The notes beneath the pieces are model-generated. The model saw only the letters and a program-made list of their open reading frames with translations. It did not search any database and was not told where the DNA came from. Shown piece after piece: positions 15,665-20,597 of a DNA stretch of 20,597 nt. This DNA is from an uncultured virus (IMG/VR IMGVR_UViG_3300028840_004776) (lineage: Duplodnaviria; Heunggongvirae; Uroviricota; Caudoviricetes): the IMG/VR virus record IMGVR_UViG_3300028840_004776; one strand, given 5' to 3'. Position 1 is the first letter of the stretch. Every line of letters starts with the position of its first letter. Both the position numbers and the translations under genes were made by a program.

Positions 15665-16624
15665 ATGAAACAAGATAACAAACAAACCAAATCAGATAAT
15701 GGTGATATATTAAAAAAGAATATGTTGTATCTGTCTGGATTGAATACTGAATACCTTTTAAAAATTCATACTCAGAAATTTCATGATGTTTTTGAGTTGG
15801 AATTTAAAGAAGGAAAAATTGATCGTGGTAAATTAATTATGAAATTAGTTTCTGAATATACAGCGCAAGGAATTCATGCTGCTAGTGATGTGATCGAAGA
15901 AACACCCATGGGGAATTTTGATTTGCGAGATATTAAAAACCAAGGCAGTCTTAAGGTTTATAAAATTGATTATAGCAACAGCGATGATGACAGCGATGAT
16001 GATAACGATGATGACAGCGATGATGATAACGATGATGATAACGATGATGATAACGGCAACAACAATAATGATCCAATGGTTGATATCAGAAAAGCATGGA
16101 AAGAAATTGAAGTATTAAAATACGAAAAGGAAACAAAACTCAAAGATATAAAGGGTAAAATAAAAGACAAGGAACACGAAACAAAAACGCTTGTTTTTTC
16201 TCAAGTTCGTGATGTGGATAAATTGCATAGTAGTTGGGTTGAATTAAATAAACTAAAAGAAGACAAAAAAGATTTATCAAAAAAATATAACGAAAAGATA
16301 AAAAATTTAGACAGAACAAGAGATAGGTTGCTGAGAGATGTTAGACAGCTAAAATTGTTTGATTCTTGTTTAAATAAATCAGAACAGTTTGAGAAACTAG
16401 ACACCGATGATGTTGAGTTTGCTGATGAATTTAATAATAAACAACAAGTTGATCCTAAAAGATATGTTGTAAAAAAGAAGGCACGAAAAAACAAACAGAC
16501 AACGGACAGCACGGAACAGACAACGGACAGCACGGAACAGACAACGGACAGCACGGAACAGACAACGGACAGCACGGAACAGACAACGGACAGCACGGAA
16601 CAGACAACGGACAGCACGGAGTAA
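15665..16624 (+). CDS. Hypothetical protein with acidic tract, predicted coiled coil and C-terminal heptapeptide repeats
   Basis: 319 aa; AAGGAG RBS; DDDS/DDDN tract; K/E/L-rich helical region; QTTDSTE x6 before the stop. Confidence 0.8.
   Translation: MKQDNKQTKSDNGDILKKNMLYLSGLNTEYLLKIHTQKFHDVFELEFKEGKIDRGKLIMKLVSEYTAQGIHAASDVIEETPMGNFDLRDIKNQGSLKVYKIDYSNSDDDSDDDNDDDSDDDNDDDNDDDNGNNNNDPMVDIRKAWKEIEVLKYEKETKLKDIKGKIKDKEHETKTLVFSQVRDVDKLHSSWVELNKLKEDKKDLSKKYNEKIKNLDRTRDRLLRDVRQLKLFDSCLNKSEQFEKLDTDDVEFADEFNNKQQVDPKRYVVKKKARKNKQTTDSTEQTTDSTEQTTDSTEQTTDSTEQTTDSTEQTTDSTE
15978..16055. repeat. 12-bp tandem repeat x6.5 encoding the Asp-rich tract
   Basis: Units acagcgatgatg and ataacgatgatg. Confidence 0.9.
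16495..16620. repeat. 21-bp perfect tandem repeat x6
   Basis: Unit acagacaacggacagcacgga encoding QTTDSTE. Confidence 0.95.
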
Positions 16625-16628
16625 GACA

Positions 16629-16826
16629 ATGGATGCAATCGTTTGTCCATATTGCAAGGTCGAATATGAAATAGAAAGTGATTATGATTTTGATGAAATA
16701 GTTACATATCATGGAAGTCAGGATGGACCAGTTGAAATCGAATGTCCAGATTGCAATAGAGTTTTTTATGTTAAGGAATATGTTAAACGAATTTATTTTG
16801 TTTATAAAGACAAAAAAGATGCTTGA
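16629..16826 (+). CDS. Small zinc-ribbon protein
   Basis: 65 aa with CPYC and CPDC; GGAG upstream. Confidence 0.8.
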   Translation: MDAIVCPYCKVEYEIESDYDFDEIVTYHGSQDGPVEIECPDCNRVFYVKEYVKRIYFVYKDKKDA

Positions 16827-16841
16827 TGAAAGAATACAAAA

Positions 16842-17096
16842 ATGGGAAAAACAAAAGAAGAAGAGATAAATAAATTTGCGATATTTGTAGAAGATCAAAA
16901 AAGAAGATATTGTGAGTTTTTGGAAGATATTATATTAGATATTATTGATAATAAAATAGTACCAATTAATATGATTTATGAAAAAGAAAAAGAAACGTGT
17001 TATATCAATGGAAGAATTGTGAATATTCCATCAAACAAAGAATCTATTACCATTGAGTTACTTAGGAGAAAAAATGATTGGTCAAAAAGTTATTGA
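16842..17096 (+). CDS. Hypothetical protein
   Basis: 84 aa, co-oriented, fills the gap in the operon. Confidence 0.6.
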   Translation: MGKTKEEEINKFAIFVEDQKRRYCEFLEDIILDIIDNKIVPINMIYEKEKETCYINGRIVNIPSNKESITIELLRRKNDWSKSY

Positions 17097-17766
17097 GGCG
17101 AGAGATATTCCGGATGCCTGGTTTCAAGCCGTTGATTGCCTTCTTAAAAAAGGCCGGCAATGGACAGTAACCCATGGGTCATATAAGGGTCAAAAAAGAT
17201 GGGAGTTTGATTATGTGACAATACATATTAAGTATCCTGGATCTCGACCTCTTGTTCCCGAGATGCCAGTTCATCTTTCTCATATACCGCCGCCTACAAC
17301 AATGGAGTATGTTGAAGAATATCTTCCATATTTAATGGAAGATGAAGAACTTAAAAAAAACGAGCAATACACATATGGGCAACGTATAAAATCTCAAATG
17401 AATGAAATAATAAGTAGATATACAATCCATGGGTTTGGTAGTAATCAGGAATGTATTACTGTAGCACGACCAGAGGATATTGAGTTAGATGATCCTCCTT
17501 GTTTGAGAACTATAGATACTAGAATTTATAAAAAGGAATGTTTATTACCGAATGAAAAACAAGCATTGCATTTTGTTGTATATTTTAGGTCTTGGGATTT
17601 ATGGAATGGTTTTCCTGTTAATTTGGCTGCTATTCGGTTAATGCAAGAGTACATGGCTGAGCAAATTGGTGTTGAAGCGGGTGAAATAATTGCTTCATCA
17701 AAAGGTTTACATATTTATGATCATGTGTGGGATATTGCTAAATTAAGAACGGATTTTAAGAAATGA
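17074..17766 (+). CDS. thyA: Thymidylate synthase (short, archaeal-like ThyA type)
   Basis: YTYGQRI, catalytic PPCL, YFRSWDLWNGFPVN and SKGLHIYD; start reassigned to ATG at 17074 behind AGGAG. Confidence 0.85.
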   Translation: MIGQKVIEARDIPDAWFQAVDCLLKKGRQWTVTHGSYKGQKRWEFDYVTIHIKYPGSRPLVPEMPVHLSHIPPPTTMEYVEEYLPYLMEDEELKKNEQYTYGQRIKSQMNEIISRYTIHGFGSNQECITVARPEDIELDDPPCLRTIDTRIYKKECLLPNEKQALHFVVYFRSWDLWNGFPVNLAAIRLMQEYMAEQIGVEAGEIIASSKGLHIYDHVWDIAKLRTDFKK

Positions 17767-17981
17767 CTAAGCCAATCGAAATAGATCTTTATTGTGTTTG
17801 TTGCGAAACAGATACAGGACATAATAGATATGTGTTACAAGATATTATTATTTGTCAAAGATGTGATAATTTAATGTCACAAAAAGAAAGAAATAATTTA
17901 TCATATCTTCATCGAATGAGATTAATTTTAACTGATCAATGCCATATAAATAACATCATAAAAAACATTGAATATAGGTAA
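17763..17981 (+). CDS. Small putative zinc-binding protein
   Basis: 72 aa with CVCC and CQRC; ATGA overlap with thyA. Confidence 0.6.
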   Translation: MTKPIEIDLYCVCCETDTGHNRYVLQDIIICQRCDNLMSQKERNNLSYLHRMRLILTDQCHINNIIKNIEYR

Positions 17982-18006
17982 AAACAGAAAAAAGGAGAAG
18001 TAACCC

Positions 18007-20597
18007 ATGGGATTGCGCTTTGAAGCTAATTTTGAACAAGATACTGCGTGGTATGAAAAAGAGACAAAAGAAGGTGTAAAAAGGATTGCTAAAGTTATTG
18101 ATTCAGATGGTAAAATTATATTTGAAAAAGAAATTATTGCACCAAAAAATTGGTCGCAAAATGCTGTAAATATTGTTGCTTCTAAATTTCTTAGTAAAGA
18201 CGAAAATTCAGTTTATCAATTAGTTGATAGGGTTGTTGATACAATAGCAAACTGGGGAAAAGATGATAATTATTTTAATACAATCAATGATTTTCATGTA
18301 TTTATAAGTGAATTAAAGTATTTGATCATTAATCAGTATGGACAATTTAATAGTCCTGTTTTGTTTAATATTGGTATCAATAATTATCCACAGTGTTCAG
18401 CTTGTTTTATAAATTCTGTAGAAGATACCATGGAATCAATTATGGATTTAGCTAAAACAGAAGGATTGATTTTTAAATACGGAAGTGGGTCAGGTGTAAA
18501 TTTATCAACACTTCGTTCGAGCAAAGAACATGTTACCGGAGGTGGATATGCGTCCGGACCTATTTCGTTTATGAAGGGATATGATGCGTTTGCTGGTGTA
18601 ATAAAAAGCGGTGGTAAACTTAGGCGTGCTGCAAAGATGGTTATTTTGAGTATTGATCATCCAGATATTATGAAATTTATTTGGTGTAAATCAAAAGAAG
18701 AACATAAAGCAAATACATTGATTAAAGAGGGGTATTCTGGCGGAATAAATGGGGAAGCTTATTCATCTGTGTTTTTTCAAAATGCAAATAATAGTGTTCG
18801 TGTTAATGATGAATTTATGACACTTGTTGCACAAAATAATGCTGATTTTGATTTTGAAACAAAAGCAGTAACAACAGGTGAATTGATTCAAAAATATAAT
18901 GCTTATGATTTGTTGTTTGAAATTGCTCAAGCCGTACATGAATGTGGTGATCCAGGAATACAATTTGATGATACAATCAACGAATGGAATACATGTAAAG
19001 AATCAGGAAGAATTAATGCATCAAATCCGTGTTCCGAATTTATTTGGCTTGATGATTCGGCTTGTAATTTAGCATCATTGAATTTATTGAAATTTTTAAA
19101 TAATAATAATGATTTTGATGTAGTAAAATTTAGTAAAGCAGTTGATATTTTTATAACGGCTCAAGATATTATTATTGATAAACAAAGATATCCAACTGAA
19201 AAAATTAAGAAAAATTCTAAAGAGTATAGACCACTTGGTCTTGGGTATACAAATTTAGGCGCATTATTAATGTGTATTGGCGAACCATATGATAGTGAGT
19301 ATTCAAGGAAGTTTTCTGCTGCAATAACATCATTGATGACTGGTGAGGCATATCTTCAAAGTGCTAAAATTGCTTCTGAAAAATCTCCATTTTTGAATTA
19401 TGCAAAAAATAAAATATCGATGAACAATGTAATAAATAAGCATAATATAGAAACATGTTGTTTATTGGAAAAATGCAATGTGCGTAGTTTGGAAAACATA
19501 CTAATGTTAGCAAAAACAACATGGGAAGATGCGATACGTATTGGTAGTAATTTTGGTTATAGGAATGCACAGACTACATTGTTAGCTCCGACTGGAACCA
19601 TATCTTTTATAATGGATTGCGATACCACCGGAATTGAGCCAGATATTTCGTTAGTAAAAAGAAAGAGTCTTGTTGGTGGAGGTGTAATGAAAATTGTTAA
19701 TAATTCAGTCAATAGATCTCTTGAAAAACTTGGTTATAACAAGAATGAACGAATAGAAATTATTAAATACATAGAAAATAATGAAACAATTATTGGTGCT
19801 CCTATATTACAAGAGATTGATATTCCTGTATTTGATTGTGCTTTGTCTGGTGTAGATGATCGATGCATATCATATATGGGGCATCTTCTTATGATTGCAG
19901 CGGTTCAACCGTTTTTATCAGGTGGTATTTCAAAAACCATTAATATACCTCATAGTTCAACAGCAGAGATTATATTTGATATTTATTGCAATGCATGGAA
20001 ACTTGGATTAAAATCTGTTTCTGTATATCGCGAAGGATCAAAACAAGCTCAGCCAATAAATATAAAAAAGAAAGAAAAGAAAGAAAAAAAAGAAAACAAT
20101 TTATTGCATAGAAAACGAATGCCTGATGAACGGAATAGTTTGACACATAAATTTTCCATAAGTGGACATGAAGGATATTTGACGGTTGGAATGTATAATA
20201 ATGGTATGCCTGGTGAAATTTTTGTTAGGATATCAAAGGTTGGATCAACAATAAGTGGATTGATGGATTCATTCGCAATAGCTATTAGTATGGCATTACA
20301 ATATGGTGTTCCATTGGATGTATTGATTGATAAATATTCGCATATCAAATTTGAACCGAGTGGTTTTACAACGAATTCAGATATTCCTGTTGCGCAGTCT
20401 GTTATTGATTATATATTTTGTTGGTTGGATAAAAAGTTTTTATCGACAGATAATAAAAACAACAAAGACAGTAAAGACAACAAGGATAGCAAAGACAGTA
20501 AAGACAACAAGGATAGCAAAGACAGTAAAGACAACAAGGATAGCAAAGACAGTAAAGACAACAAGGATAGCAAAGACAGTAAAGACAACAAGGATAG
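18007..20597 (+). CDS. nrdJ: Adenosylcobalamin-dependent (class II) ribonucleotide reductase with TSCPD-type domain; 3' end beyond window
   Basis: Absent from the ORF track because no stop falls in the window. Hand translation from ATG 18007 (AAGGAG RBS): FNSPVLFN, PQCSACFI, KYGSGSGVNLS, SGGKLRRAAKM, CGDPGIQF, ASNPCSEF, ACNLASLNL, RPLGLGY, APTGTISF, SGGISKTIN, YREGSK, GEIFVRISKVGST, FEPSG. Confidence 0.96.
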   Translation, partial: MGLRFEANFEQDTAWYEKETKEGVKRIAKVIDSDGKIIFEKEIIAPKNWSQNAVNIVASKFLSKDENSVYQLVDRVVDTIANWGKDDNYFNTINDFHVFISELKYLIINQYGQFNSPVLFNIGINNYPQCSACFINSVEDTMESIMDLAKTEGLIFKYGSGSGVNLSTLRSSKEHVTGGGYASGPISFMKGYDAFAGVIKSGGKLRRAAKMVILSIDHPDIMKFIWCKSKEEHKANTLIKEGYSGGINGEAYSSVFFQNANNSVRVNDEFMTLVAQNNADFDFETKAVTTGELIQKYNAYDLLFEIAQAVHECGDPGIQFDDTINEWNTCKESGRINASNPCSEFIWLDDSACNLASLNLLKFLNNNNDFDVVKFSKAVDIFITAQDIIIDKQRYPTEKIKKNSKEYRPLGLGYTNLGALLMCIGEPYDSEYSRKFSAAITSLMTGEAYLQSAKIASEKSPFLNYAKNKISMNNVINKHNIETCCLLEKCNVRSLENILMLAKTTWEDAIRIGSNFGYRNAQTTLLAPTGTISFIMDCDTTGIEPDISLVKRKSLVGGGVMKIVNNSVNRSLEKLGYNKNERIEIIKYIENNETIIGAPILQEIDIPVFDCALSGVDDRCISYMGHLLMIAAVQPFLSGGISKTINIPHSSTAEIIFDIYCNAWKLGLKSVSVYREGSKQAQPINIKKKEKKEKKENNLLHRKRMPDERNSLTHKFSISGHEGYLTVGMYNNGMPGEIFVRISKVGSTISGLMDSFAIAISMALQYGVPLDVLIDKYSHIKFEPSGFTTNSDIPVAQSVIDYIFCWLDKKFLSTDNKNNKDSKDNKDSKDSKDNKDSKDSKDNKDSKDSKDNKDSKDSKDNKD
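20464..20597. repeat. 27-bp perfect tandem repeat, at least 5 copies, in frame within nrdJ
   Basis: aaagacagtaaagacaacaaggatagc (KDSKDNKDS) at 20464, 20491, 20518, 20545 and 20572 (cut by the window edge). Confidence 0.95.

Noticed and set aside
15918..16898. Overlapping ORFs with MMIT, SSSL, VVCSVLS, RAVRCLF and PCCPLSV repeats
   Set aside because: Shadows of the 12- and 21-bp repeats within 15665-16624.
17074..17766. dCMP hydroxymethylase
   Set aside because: The specificity residue is Asn (FPVN), as in dUMP-acting enzymes; no glycosyltransferase is seen in the window. A dUMP hydroxymethylase cannot be fully excluded.
18763..20591. Short minus-strand ORFs in the track
   Set aside because: Antisense to the continuous nrdJ frame starting at 18007.
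1..20597. Stop-codon reassignment, introns or inteins
   Set aside because: Conserved genes read through in the standard code with good density, and I saw no intein or intron signature in the primase, thyA or nrdJ.

Overview
AT-rich (about 30% GC by eye) segment that looks like the DNA replication, recombination and nucleotide-metabolism region of a large dsDNA bacteriophage or phage-like element. Genes are tightly packed, with AGGAG ribosome-binding sites and ATGA overlaps; no structural, tRNA, CRISPR or transposase genes are visible. The left part (mostly minus strand) encodes small hypotheticals, a helicase-less RecD2 N-terminal protein, an SSB-like protein, a pentapeptide-repeat protein, a PD-(D/E)XK nuclease and a possible HTH protein, followed by a plus-strand Prim-Pol/P4-type primase-helicase. 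A ~1.6 kb non-coding region (10012-11617) holds two tandem arrays, several palindromes and an AT-rich stretch, and is a candidate origin. The right part (plus strand) encodes a RuvC-like resolvase, DUF1937, pyrE, two repeat-laden proteins, Zn-ribbon proteins, a thymidylate synthase and a class II ribonucleotide reductase (nrdJ, not in the ORF track, running off the window). Most unusual signals: (1) the GC-rich palindrome CCCATGGG occurs 21 times, in intergenic DNA and in all three reading frames of genes, and marks the edges of local duplications; (2) in-frame tandem repeats in many unrelated genes, reminiscent of Borg elements; (3) a candidate structured RNA at 13154-13434. Family calls are from motif recognition, not database searches.
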